Shown in pieces: positions 31,950 through 41,479 of a stretch of 64,000 nt of DNA. The DNA lies in the NCBI GenBank assembly GCA_965242965.1, contig OZ251518.1, positions 4,864,001 through 4,928,000 of the forward strand, written 5' to 3'. This DNA comes from Candidatus Poribacteria bacterium (GTDB lineage Bacteria > Poribacteria > WGA-4E > WGA-3G). The translations under genes and the position numbers were made by a program. Each line of letters starts with the position of its first letter. The stretch's first letter is position 1. The notes beneath the pieces were generated by a model, which saw only the letters and a program-made list of their open reading frames with translations, was not told the DNA's origin and made no database searches.

Positions 31950-32074
31950 GGTAGGTTTGTCACCGCGCAATCAGGGATGAATACGTGTCGTGCCCTTCCG
32001 GACGGGGCAGGGGGCTGAACCCCTCTGCCCTCATCTTTCAACTGTGCGGCTATGCGGCTTGCCTGCATCTGTCC

Positions 32075-32209
32075 TTATCTCTCTTTAGGCTTCGGAGCCT
32101 TTTTGGGAGGTTCAGGGACAGGGACAGGCTTAGGAATTCGGCTCCCTTGCATTTCCCACCAGCGTTCTCGTTTCCGCGTTTCCGCGGGTTTTTTCTTGTT
32201 AGTTTTCAT
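32075..32209 (-). CDS. Small 44-aa Lys/Pro-rich peptide (not in the ORF track)
   Basis: GAGG upstream of ATG; MKTNKKKPAETRKRERWWEMQGSRIPKPVPVPEPPKKAPKPKER. Confidence 0.4.
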   Translation of the reverse strand: MKTNKKKPAETRKRERWWEMQGSRIPKPVPVPEPPKKAPKPKER

Positions 32210-32253
32210 AATCACGCCTCATTTCATACCTTGTTTAAGACAACAAATAAAAG

Positions 32254-33075
32254 GAGCGGGTTTCCTAAATCGCTCAACGTCGCGGGGACAGGCCCCGCCG
32301 CGCTACGATGAAAAAAACGCCGCCCCTTCACGTAGGGCGAGGGCCTGTCCCTCGCCATCCGTTTGGCTGTCAGAGCGCATCACCTCTTTAGGGCAGGAGC
32401 ACCTGCTCCTGACCCGTTCGGGAGCAGGCGATTCCGAACTACAGAGCTGGGCCCAATGCCTTCCGGTAGGCGAGATCTCCCGGTCTCGATGTTCCCGTAG
32501 CGCGGGGGCCTGTCCCCCGCGATCGCCATCGTCAAGAGCGGCGTTTTTAGGTCCGTTAGGACCTTAATGTCTATAGTAACACGTGTCGTCCCGTTTTCAA
32601 GGTCCTTTAGAACCTTAATAAAAAAACACGCGGCCTGTCCAAATCTATTAAGGACCTAAAGGACCTTAGAGCTCTTCGCGAGCGCGCGTGCTATAGACAT
32701 TAAGGTCCTACGGACCTAAGAGAACGCGCGCCGTTTTTTTTCGTTCTCCCCACTCTGTAGTTTGTGATCGACTGATCACAAACGGGTCAGGATCAGGCGA
32801 TCCTGAACTACAGGGGTGAGGAGGTCTGCCAGCAAAACGATGGCGAGGGAAACCCGCTCGGATGCGCGTGTGGCATCCGAGGGCCCTCGCCCTACGATGA
32901 AGGGGAGACGGCCTTGCTACCGTAGCGCGGGGGCCTGTCCCCCGCGATCGGTGGGTAGACCGGAGCATGGCGAGGGCCTGTCCCTCGCCCTACGATGAAG
33001 GCGAACCTTCTGCCGCGACCCCGGGCGGCGCGCCGCCCTATTGCATCGAGACCAGGAGGTCTCTCCTACCGGGAA
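32254..33075. mobile_element. Degenerate MITE/composite REP block
   Basis: Left end GAGCGGGTTTCCTAAATCGCTCAACG resembles the copy 4 end; 32465-33070 parallels 9887-10455. Confidence 0.7.
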
Positions 33076-33096
33076 GCCATCGAAAACGAATGCCCG

Positions 33097-34149
33097 CTAA
33101 TCCTCTTTGATTTTCCCCCATGTCGTCGTCAATGAATGCACCGAAGGTGAAACACTGCGCGCCGTTGGATTGAACCAATCGGGCCAAATGTTATCGCCAT
33201 CGTGCGTCAGTTGCGTTGGAGGACCACCCTTCATGTCGGTTTTAAAGAGTTGCGCCGGCAGACCTGGCTTGTCAAGCCGAGCACTATAAATGAGTTCGGT
33301 GCCGTCTGGAGACCAGGTGGGGTGATAGGGCCCTTTCTCCTCCTCTCGACTCAGCTGCTGAAGGCCGGTGCCATCGCTGTTGACGAGGTGGAGCGTTGAT
33401 TCCCGATAGAAAAGAAACCCCTGGGCATTGAACTCCGCCCCATGGAGTTGCGCAAAGGCGATTTTGTCACCCTGTGGTGCCCAAGTCGGCGCACCAACCC
33501 ACGGTATCTCTTCGGAGAGCAGCGTCTCTTGATCGCGTGTCTGCAGGTTAAAAATCCCAAGCGCGGTGTCTTCAGGGCCAACCCCTGCAAAGACGATTTC
33601 ACGGCCATTCGGGGACCAGCGCGGATCGAAACCATCCGTTATTTTCTCCTCAGCGTTCCCATCCGGCGTTGCAAAGTAGATAGTCTTGGCGACATGCGGT
33701 GGATGGAGACCGAGGGGTTTTCCGCTTTCATAAGCAATGCTTTTGCCATCGGGAGACCAGGTAGGTCGTCTCCTATATGCTTTGCTTTTGAACACTTTCC
33801 GGACGTTTGTCCCATCGGCATTCATCAGATACAGGTCAAAAAGACCCCCCTCTCGATCGGAGCTAAAAACAATCTGCGTGCCATCGGGAGACCAGGCCGG
33901 GTCATAATCCTTTGCGTGGTGCTTTGTCAAGTTGAGCTGCGCGCTTCCATCGGGATTCATGACATAGATTTCGGCATTGCCATCGCGCTTTGACACAAAC
34001 ACGACTTTCGCTGTCGCCGGGGTTTGTGCCATCGCGGTTTCAATGCTATGACAGAATAGGAAGAGTGAGCCACTGAGGTAACTGAAGATGAGCACCTTGA
34101 TGAGAATCCCCTCGGCGCGGGGCGGGAGAGAGAAGCGTTTCAGAATCAT
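33097..34149 (-). CDS. TolB-like (PD40) beta-propeller protein with C-terminal LTTTWGKIK motif
   Basis: Repeated PxWSPDG; hydrophobic N-terminus. Confidence 0.88.
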   Translation of the reverse strand: MILKRFSLPPRAEGILIKVLIFSYLSGSLFLFCHSIETAMAQTPATAKVVFVSKRDGNAEIYVMNPDGSAQLNLTKHHAKDYDPAWSPDGTQIVFSSDREGGLFDLYLMNADGTNVRKVFKSKAYRRRPTWSPDGKSIAYESGKPLGLHPPHVAKTIYFATPDGNAEEKITDGFDPRWSPNGREIVFAGVGPEDTALGIFNLQTRDQETLLSEEIPWVGAPTWAPQGDKIAFAQLHGAEFNAQGFLFYRESTLHLVNSDGTGLQQLSREEEKGPYHPTWSPDGTELIYSARLDKPGLPAQLFKTDMKGGPPTQLTHDGDNIWPDWFNPTARSVSPSVHSLTTTWGKIKED

Positions 34150-34304
34150 GAGATTACCTCACATATATGCGTCTTAATGATAAAAATAGTCCGTCCACGC
34201 AAGAAGCGCGTAAGACGAATGAAAAAAAGTGATGGTGATGTCTAACATTGCGTTTGCCATCGTGATTTATTTTCGCATTTTTTGTGTTTTTTGTCAAGGG
34301 GAAA

Positions 34305-34930
34305 TGAGCAGGAGCAGGATATGAGCAGGATTTACAAGATTGAGCAAGATTGAGCAGGATTTACAAGATTAGCAAGATTTCGCAAGAGGAATCCGTAGCG
34401 CGGGGGCCTGTCCCCCGCGATCGTTCGATCCGCGCGAAAAACGCACGCCAACCAACCGTTTTCCCGATCGAGGCGTGGCGAGGGAAACCCTCTCGCATGC
34501 GCGTGTGGCATGCGAGGGCCCAAGCCCTACGGTAAACGGCACGTTTTTTCCCCGTAGCGCGGGGGCCTGTCCCCCGCGATCGTTCACGTACCCAGTGACT
34601 GTAGTTCGGGATCGCCTGATCTCGAACGAGTCAAGCGCGCGGCCGCCTCCGTTTCACCGTAGCGCGGGGGCCTGTCCCCCGCGATCGTTCACGTAAAAAA
34701 TCTCTTCAGGTCCTGTCCTACTTGAGGAGACTGTAGTTCGGGCTCGCCTGATCCCGAACGGCGCAAGAGCAGGTGCTCTTGCCCTACAGAGGGGATGCGC
34801 GCACGCATGCCCCAGAGCACGGCGAGGGACAGGCACTCGCCCTACGGTAGAAGGAACGTTCAATGCACGGCGAGGGACAGGCCCTCGCCCTACGGGGAAC
34901 TGCATCGAGACCAGGAGGTCTCTCCTACCG
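34305..34930. repeat. Mixed repeat cluster
   Basis: GAGCAGGATT tandem units followed by several GTAG-REP families. Confidence 0.9.
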
Positions 34931-34945
34931 GGGGAAGGGAGACAA

Positions 34946-36307
34946 TCATATCGTTTCCTCCTCTTCCTCATGCATAATCTCCTGCAGGCCCGTTGCGATG
35001 CGGAACGCAATAAGACAGATACCGATCGATATGGCGAACAGCCACCGATACCCAATATGCGGTGCGAGGATGCCGCCGATGAGCGGCGCGAAACTCACAG
35101 GCAGCAGCAACGTATTCATAAACCCAATGTAACTCGGACGGTGGCGCGGTGGCGCGATGTTCAGCATATATGACATGAACCCTACCATCATGCCGTTCCC
35201 TAAAACCCCACCTACCGTGAAAATCAGGAAAAAGGCAGGCAGTCGCAAAGAGACAGAAACAAGTCCTGATGAAAAGGCTAACGTCGGCGGGATTAACATC
35301 AGGCCGGCGGTGATAATGAGGAGCCACCGCACGCCATATTTCTCGCCGATGTGTCCCCACAGGGTATTGGAAACGACACCGCTCAATGCAGAGCACACGA
35401 TGAAAAGGCCGATACTTGCCTCGGAGACACCGAGTTCGTTCAGCGCGTAAGGGATGTAGAAAGGCGATGCCATCCCCGAAAAATGCGCGCCGACGCGGAA
35501 AAAGATGAATCGACGGTAATTTTTGTCAGTGCGCAGGAAATGCGGGCCTTGCTTTAGATGCTGTGATAAGGGCTGCCGTGTCGAGTGGACAGGATGAATC
35601 GGTTCGCGCACACCGAGGAAACTAATAAACGAGAGGAACGCGGCACCTACCGAACAAATAAATAGAAAGGCGTAGTTGTAGGGGAACCCGAGGTCTGTGT
35701 CAACGCGGCATACCGTGCCGATGAAATACATCGTCACCGTTTTGAACCCTCGCGTAATCGCCCCTTCGATACCGGTAAATTCTGCCTCATTTCCGAGCAC
35801 GGCGCGCACCAGAAACCCTACCCAGATAGCGAAAAATCCGCCGTAGAGCTGACGCAGGCTAAAGAATCGGGCACGTCGCTGCGGTTCTATCGCTTTAGAG
35901 ACAATGTCCATGTAAGGCAGCGTTGAAACGCCCATCGCGGACGAGGAGAGGAAATAGAATCCCAAAAAGCAGGCGGCGAGGAGCATCGGGTTCTGTTCAC
36001 CGATGGTGACGGTGCAGAAGAATACGGCGAGCCATGCTAGCACGCGCACGCTCATCCCGAGCGCATAGAACGGCATCTTGCGCGGCCGATGTTCCAGCAC
36101 ATTGGACATGAGCAGCTGCGGCCACATCCAACCCGCTGTCATCATCGAACCTGTCAACCCGACGAGCAGCGGCGAGCCGCTCAATTTATCAATGAAAGCA
36201 GGAAGCACCGTTGATGCATCCGCGAAGGCGAGATTGATTCGCATGAAGGTGCCTTGCAGCAACGCGAATCGGAAATTTCGCCGGGAGTTCCCTATTTGTT
36301 CCGGCAT
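34946..36307 (-). CDS. MFS transporter
   Basis: About 12 hydrophobic helices; WGHIGEKYG; start moved to ATG 36307 because the longer ORF runs through a MITE. Confidence 0.85.
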   Translation of the reverse strand: MPEQIGNSRRNFRFALLQGTFMRINLAFADASTVLPAFIDKLSGSPLLVGLTGSMMTAGWMWPQLLMSNVLEHRPRKMPFYALGMSVRVLAWLAVFFCTVTIGEQNPMLLAACFLGFYFLSSSAMGVSTLPYMDIVSKAIEPQRRARFFSLRQLYGGFFAIWVGFLVRAVLGNEAEFTGIEGAITRGFKTVTMYFIGTVCRVDTDLGFPYNYAFLFICSVGAAFLSFISFLGVREPIHPVHSTRQPLSQHLKQGPHFLRTDKNYRRFIFFRVGAHFSGMASPFYIPYALNELGVSEASIGLFIVCSALSGVVSNTLWGHIGEKYGVRWLLIITAGLMLIPPTLAFSSGLVSVSLRLPAFFLIFTVGGVLGNGMMVGFMSYMLNIAPPRHRPSYIGFMNTLLLPVSFAPLIGGILAPHIGYRWLFAISIGICLIAFRIATGLQEIMHEEEEETI

Positions 36308-36345
36308 GTTTTTTTCTTCTTTCCTATTCCTAGAGGTGTTATCTT

Positions 36346-36604
36346 CAGGGTGTTTCATAACTCCGTTTCGGTATTTATCCCGATTATGGGCGAATACCGA
36401 GCAAGCGATGTCCCCGTAGGCGAGACCTCCCGGTCTCGATGCCCCTCCTACCGCGAAGGCATCGGGCCCACCTCTGTAGTTCGGGAGCACCCGCTCCCGA
36501 ACGGGTCAGAATTAGGCCCGCCTGCCCGAGAGAATAAGCCCACCGCTGCATCGAGACTAGGAGGTCTCTCCTACCGGGAAACCGTCGATTTATGAAACAC
36601 CTTC
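36346..36604. mobile_element. MITE copy 5 (opposite orientation) with ~8-bp TSD
   Basis: CAGGGTGTTTCATAACTCCGTTTCGGTATTT...GATTTATGAAACACCTTC; TGTTATCT at 36337-36344 and 36605-36612. Confidence 0.8.
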
Positions 36605-36812
36605 TGTTATCTCTTGCATTTGACACAATTTCGGCGATTCGGTTTAATTGATTTTTCTGGACAAACGACAGAAATTGTGCTAAATTGATATTTGCGTTTA
36701 ATGTTGAGCGAGTTGTCTCTACATTGAGAAGTCGTAGCCCGGGCTCACCCGAGCCCGAATTGTTTGGAATCGCTAATCTCAAACGACACATTTGGCATAA
36801 AAGGAAAAAACT

Positions 36813-37766
36813 ATGGAACCTCTTCGGATTGGATTTCTCGGTGCCGGCGGTTTCGCACGGCACACCATTTATCCGGCGTTGCATCTCGCACCCGTCGCAT
36901 TGCAAGCTGTCTGCGATGCCGATGAAGGACGCGCAAAAGATGCCGCTGGCAAATTCGGCACAGGACGATACTACACGGACCGGCACGAAATGTTTGAAAA
37001 GGAAGAACTGGAGGCAGTCATCATCTGCATGGGCCCCGACCCGAGGCAGTCGCTTGTGCTTGAGACGCTCGCCGCGGGGTATCATGTCTTCGTCCCGAAG
37101 CCGCCCGCGCCATCGCTAGCGGAAACGCTTGACTTGGCGGAAGCCTCGGAAAAGCACGGCAAGACGCTGATGGTGAACTTCCAGCGGCGGTTTAGCCGCG
37201 GCGTGCGCGGCGCGAAGGAGATTATGCAGACAGAAGCCTTCGGGCAACTCACGCAACTTTTCTGCTCGTTTTGCAGCGGTGCATACCCAACGGTGAAAAG
37301 TTATCTGCTGGATTTCGCCATCCATCACTTCGATCTGGCGCGTCATATCGCCGGTGCGGATGCGAAAGAAATCGCTGTCTTCCACAACGAAGTCGATGGA
37401 CAAGGCGCGTTCGCCGTTGCGTTGGAATATACCAACGGCGCAGTGGGCAACTTACAATTAACGAGTCAACGCCTCTGGCAACGCAACTATGATTACATCG
37501 AAATCACCGGCCAGCACGAGTATATCGTGTTAGACGGCTTGTGGGGCGTTCAGCACTTCACGCAATCCGGCAACACGTTCACCTCGAATTTCTCCGATGA
37601 ACGGAACGGTGAATTAACCGGGGATGGCATCAGTCTCACCGAGTTTGTCAACGCCATTCGTGAAGACAGGGAGCCAATCTCCAGCATTCACGATTGCGTC
37701 GGTTCCATGCGGTTGTATGATGCCGTTCTGCAACGTAAGAAAGGCGTTATTTCGCTCATTGATTAA
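36813..37766 (+). CDS. Gfo/Idh/MocA family oxidoreductase
   Basis: IGFLGAG, PKP, VNFQRRF, IHHFD. Confidence 0.85.
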   Translation: MEPLRIGFLGAGGFARHTIYPALHLAPVALQAVCDADEGRAKDAAGKFGTGRYYTDRHEMFEKEELEAVIICMGPDPRQSLVLETLAAGYHVFVPKPPAPSLAETLDLAEASEKHGKTLMVNFQRRFSRGVRGAKEIMQTEAFGQLTQLFCSFCSGAYPTVKSYLLDFAIHHFDLARHIAGADAKEIAVFHNEVDGQGAFAVALEYTNGAVGNLQLTSQRLWQRNYDYIEITGQHEYIVLDGLWGVQHFTQSGNTFTSNFSDERNGELTGDGISLTEFVNAIREDREPISSIHDCVGSMRLYDAVLQRKKGVISLID

Positions 37767-39297
37767 TTGCTTCTAGCACCTCAAGACACGTTTTCCCGTT
37801 CACCAATTGGTGGTAGAATTGGGCGGCGCGCCTGCTAAAATCTCGGTTCTGACTGAGTCGCACCTCTTCCGAACTACCGGGAGGTGTCCACAACGTCGCA
37901 TCCGAGAAAATGGCGGCGAGCCGTCTTTCTACCTCTGCGAGTTCCGTGCCGAACGCGCCGTTCAAAACGTTTTGTATCGTCAAGTCCGGGTCGCGAATTT
38001 CATAAGTCTCTCCTCTATCTGTCACGCCACTGTAGAGCGAAGCCGTGGCACCTGTGCTCTCGTGCGGTGTCAAGAACCGCAAAACCGTCGCGAACGAATA
38101 GGCAAAATCGGTTTTGAACTGTTCTGTCGCCGAGGCGTAGTTTGGCGATATGACGATATCGGCGGCGCGTTCGCGGAGTTTTACTGTCTCAATGATGTTA
38201 ATCCGCGCCGTGTCGTCCTTGACGCGGCGGATGCGTTCAATAAACTCGCGCGTATACGCCGCCGCGCTCTGTTCTGCAATCGGGATGTCTGCCTCCACAA
38301 TCTCGGCATAGCCAGCCATCAGCCGTTCTAAATGCGGCGCGAAGGTCGGGTGCAAAGCCGCTTCGTTAACAAATTCAATGCCGGCAAGCATCCCTTTGTG
38401 CGTAATCCCCGGCACATGCACCGAATTGACTAACAGCAGTTTCCAATCGTGGTGCGGCTCAATGCTTTCTGGCGTGACGATAACGCCAAAATCTTCAAGC
38501 GCGCTGAAAGGGACTCTGAGCACATCTCCCGGGTCTTCGACAATAAGCGGTTTCGCAGGCATTTTCTCGGCATACGTGATGAGTTCGTCTGGGATACCTA
38601 TGCGGTCGCGTGCTTCTGTCTGAATCTCCTCAGGCACGGCGTAAACCTGCGGCACCAGCCTGTCCCCCATTTCATTGAGGAAGCCGACGTTGGTTTCCAG
38701 CCAGCCTGCATACGCGTTATTTCGTCTCGGATACTCGGTGCGCAGCATGTTGCGAATCACATCGCCGTTACTTCGGAGATTATCGGTATTGATAACAGCG
38801 AGCGTTGCATCCGCGCCGTGGTGCGAAAAATAGCGATAGAGCGTCTCGTCGAGGACATCCATCGCCAATTCACCTTTGGCAATCCCGGCTTCAGTTACGC
38901 CGATGAGAACCAGATCCAGCGGGTTTCGGGTTTGTGCATAAAACCGTTCACGGCCCGCCTCAGTGGCAAGCGTCGTCGCGCCGACAACGCTTGAAACCCG
39001 TCGGATGTCATGAATTCCCTCTACATCAAACGTGACGACGTGATATACGCCGTTTTGTCGGTTAAACGCGTCTGCTTTTTCCGTGCCGCGCGGTTGTCCG
39101 ACAAAAATGCCGCCGTCGTAGAGATGCCGTTCGTTGAGAATGTGAACGAATTCGTGAGTGAGGGCGCGCTGCAGTCCCCCCGCGCCGATAGCGAGAATTT
39201 TTGCGTCTGATAAGCGTTTCTGGTGCAAGGCTGTTTTCTCCGTAGAACCGATATTGACGTTGTCAATATCTACGTTCTTGGCAAATATGGCAAACAT
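37756..39297 (-). CDS. Mannitol dehydrogenase/tagaturonate reductase-like protein (start uncertain)
   Basis: IGAGGLQRA, VTEAG, DNLRSNG, MGDRLVP, KLLLVN. Confidence 0.7.
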   Translation of the reverse strand: MFAIFAKNVDIDNVNIGSTEKTALHQKRLSDAKILAIGAGGLQRALTHEFVHILNERHLYDGGIFVGQPRGTEKADAFNRQNGVYHVVTFDVEGIHDIRRVSSVVGATTLATEAGRERFYAQTRNPLDLVLIGVTEAGIAKGELAMDVLDETLYRYFSHHGADATLAVINTDNLRSNGDVIRNMLRTEYPRRNNAYAGWLETNVGFLNEMGDRLVPQVYAVPEEIQTEARDRIGIPDELITYAEKMPAKPLIVEDPGDVLRVPFSALEDFGVIVTPESIEPHHDWKLLLVNSVHVPGITHKGMLAGIEFVNEAALHPTFAPHLERLMAGYAEIVEADIPIAEQSAAAYTREFIERIRRVKDDTARINIIETVKLRERAADIVISPNYASATEQFKTDFAYSFATVLRFLTPHESTGATASLYSGVTDRGETYEIRDPDLTIQNVLNGAFGTELAEVERRLAAIFSDATLWTPPGSSEEVRLSQNRDFSRRAAQFYHQLVNGKTCLEVLEAINQ

Positions 39298-39338
39298 GGC
39301 AAATATAATTAGGGGGCAAATATGAACGACATCCACCC

Positions 39339-40553
39339 TTACAATTTCGTCTCTGATCCGGAAGTTGGAGATGAATCGGCTAAAATTTTGGCATAGAGTG
39401 CCAAATAGGCATCGGCGATGTGTTTCCAATCGTAAGGTTTCACCCGTTCGATGCTTGCCTTCCCCATCGCAATGCGCTGTTCACCTGCGTTGATGAGTTT
39501 GACGAGGCACCGCGCGAGTCCATCTACGTCGCCCGGGTTGAACACCTCGCCGTTAACGCCTGCTGCGACGAGTTCGTCTATCCCCTGCACGCGGCTGGCG
39601 ACAATCGGCAACCCTGTCCCCATCGCCTCTAGCACGACGAGCGGCATCCCCTCCGCCAGCGATGGCAAAATGAAAATATCGGCGCGCCGATATTTCGCCG
39701 GCAATTCGGCATACGGGACCGAACCTGCAAAGTGGATATGCGATGCGACACCGAGGCTTTCTGCCAGTTGCAGCAGTTCGTCCCGGTAGGGCCCATCGCC
39801 GACGATTTCAATCTCGAAATTTGTCTCTGTCTTTGCCAGAATGTGCGGCAGCGCGCGGATTAAAAACTGAACCCCTTTGCGCGGGATAAGCCTGCCAATC
39901 GTGAGAATCCGCACGGTTTCCGGATGCGCTTCTCGCTGTGCTGGTTCAAAACGCGCGAGATCCAACCCATCAGGGATGACGTTGATGTTCACGTTCGCGT
40001 CCGTTTCCTGAGCGAGTTCGCGCAAGCCATCGCTACAGGCTACCAGCATTGAGGCGTTCCCCCAGATTGCCCGGATGACAGGTTTGAGCAGCAGGTATAA
40101 CCAACGATAATAGCCCGGGTCTGGGTTCGGGCGCGGCACATCGCGCCCGCCTAAAAACACGACATACGGCACTTTTTGGAACTTCTTCAGGAGATAAGCA
40201 CCGCCGCCCGCGGGAATACCGAAGAAGACCTGGGTGATATCCGGCTGAAATTTCTTCGCGAACTTCAACCCGTAAACGCTTGAACTGATGGCATACGTCA
40301 ACATTTCGTGGACGGCGCAGACATCAGGATTTTTCCGCAGCGCGGGCACGCGATGGACGTGAAATCCTTCTACCTCTTGGACAGTTTCCGCTGCTGTTGA
40401 ATGTTCGCGAGGGACAGGCCGCGCCTTGAACTGCGAGGTAATAAGATGCACCTCGTGCCCGGCCGCGGCAAAGTGTTTGCCTAAAAAATAACTTACCCAA
40501 CCGCCGCCACCGCCAATCGGCGGGAATTCGTGATTGAACATCAGAATCTTCAT
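39339..40553 (-). CDS. Glycosyltransferase family 4
   Basis: EFPPIGGG, GRLIPRKG, EGMPLVVLEAM. Confidence 0.92.
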   Translation of the reverse strand: MKILMFNHEFPPIGGGGGWVSYFLGKHFAAAGHEVHLITSQFKARPVPREHSTAAETVQEVEGFHVHRVPALRKNPDVCAVHEMLTYAISSSVYGLKFAKKFQPDITQVFFGIPAGGGAYLLKKFQKVPYVVFLGGRDVPRPNPDPGYYRWLYLLLKPVIRAIWGNASMLVACSDGLRELAQETDANVNINVIPDGLDLARFEPAQREAHPETVRILTIGRLIPRKGVQFLIRALPHILAKTETNFEIEIVGDGPYRDELLQLAESLGVASHIHFAGSVPYAELPAKYRRADIFILPSLAEGMPLVVLEAMGTGLPIVASRVQGIDELVAAGVNGEVFNPGDVDGLARCLVKLINAGEQRIAMGKASIERVKPYDWKHIADAYLALYAKILADSSPTSGSETKL

Positions 40554-40559
40554 GTGAAG

Positions 40560-41453
40560 TTATCCGCCTGCGAAGGCAACGGCAAATTTGATGATTGCCG
40601 CGGCAATGTTGATACCGGTGACACTCTCTAGTTCCTCAAATCCCGGCGATGGGTTTACCTCTAGGATAACAGGACCGGCTGCCGTTTGGAGCATGTCTAC
40701 ACCGGCGATATCCAATTCTAGTGCGGCCGTTGCTTCAATAGCAAGAGATTTTTCGTTATCGGAGAGGGTGACCGCTTCGCCGGATGCGCCTCGGTGGATA
40801 TTCGCGCGGAATTCGCCGCCCGGGGCGCGTCTCTGCATCCCCGTGATAACTTCACCGCCGACAACGAGGATACGGATATCAATCCCCGTGGTGTTCTCAC
40901 CGATAAACGGTTGAATAACGTAATCTTGATGGAGTTCACACAATGCATCCACTGCCGAGGTGAGGGAAGTCGGCGTATCCAGCAACATTACGCCTCTGCC
41001 GTGTGTGCCGTAAAACGGCTTCAAAATAAACGGGTAGTCTCCGAGTTCAGCGGCAGCCGCTTCCAAAAACGCTGCTGAACCGACGGTGAGACTCGGCGGC
41101 ACAGGCAATCCGTGTTGCGCGAGGATGCGTAAGGAACGGAATTTGTGGCGCGCGTTATCTATCGCCTGCGCGCGATTCATCACCGGGATGCCTAGCCATT
41201 CAAAGTGTGCAATGACTTCTTGTCCGTATGCCGCCGTTGCGCCGCTAATGCGTGGAATGACGACATCAATATCTTCTACCGACGCGCCTTCATAAGTTAC
41301 ACGATTACCCGAGTCGCCCTCAATGGAGAGAATGGAGAGATAAAATCCAAACGCATCCAGGATGTGGGCGGTGTGTCCAGCATTTTCGGCGGCTTCGCGG
41401 AGGCTTCGAGTGGAATGGTTTTGGGCACCCCGGGAGATAATAGCGATTTTCAT
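40560..41453 (-). CDS. rimK: RimK family alpha-L-glutamate ligase
   Basis: VIPRI, KPFYGTHGRGV, DIR, FRANIHRG, LEVNPSPG. Confidence 0.85.
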   Translation of the reverse strand: MKIAIISRGAQNHSTRSLREAAENAGHTAHILDAFGFYLSILSIEGDSGNRVTYEGASVEDIDVVIPRISGATAAYGQEVIAHFEWLGIPVMNRAQAIDNARHKFRSLRILAQHGLPVPPSLTVGSAAFLEAAAAELGDYPFILKPFYGTHGRGVMLLDTPTSLTSAVDALCELHQDYVIQPFIGENTTGIDIRILVVGGEVITGMQRRAPGGEFRANIHRGASGEAVTLSDNEKSLAIEATAALELDIAGVDMLQTAAGPVILEVNPSPGFEELESVTGINIAAAIIKFAVAFAGG

Positions 41454-41479
41454 AGTTCCTCGCAGTTCGGGCACTAATG

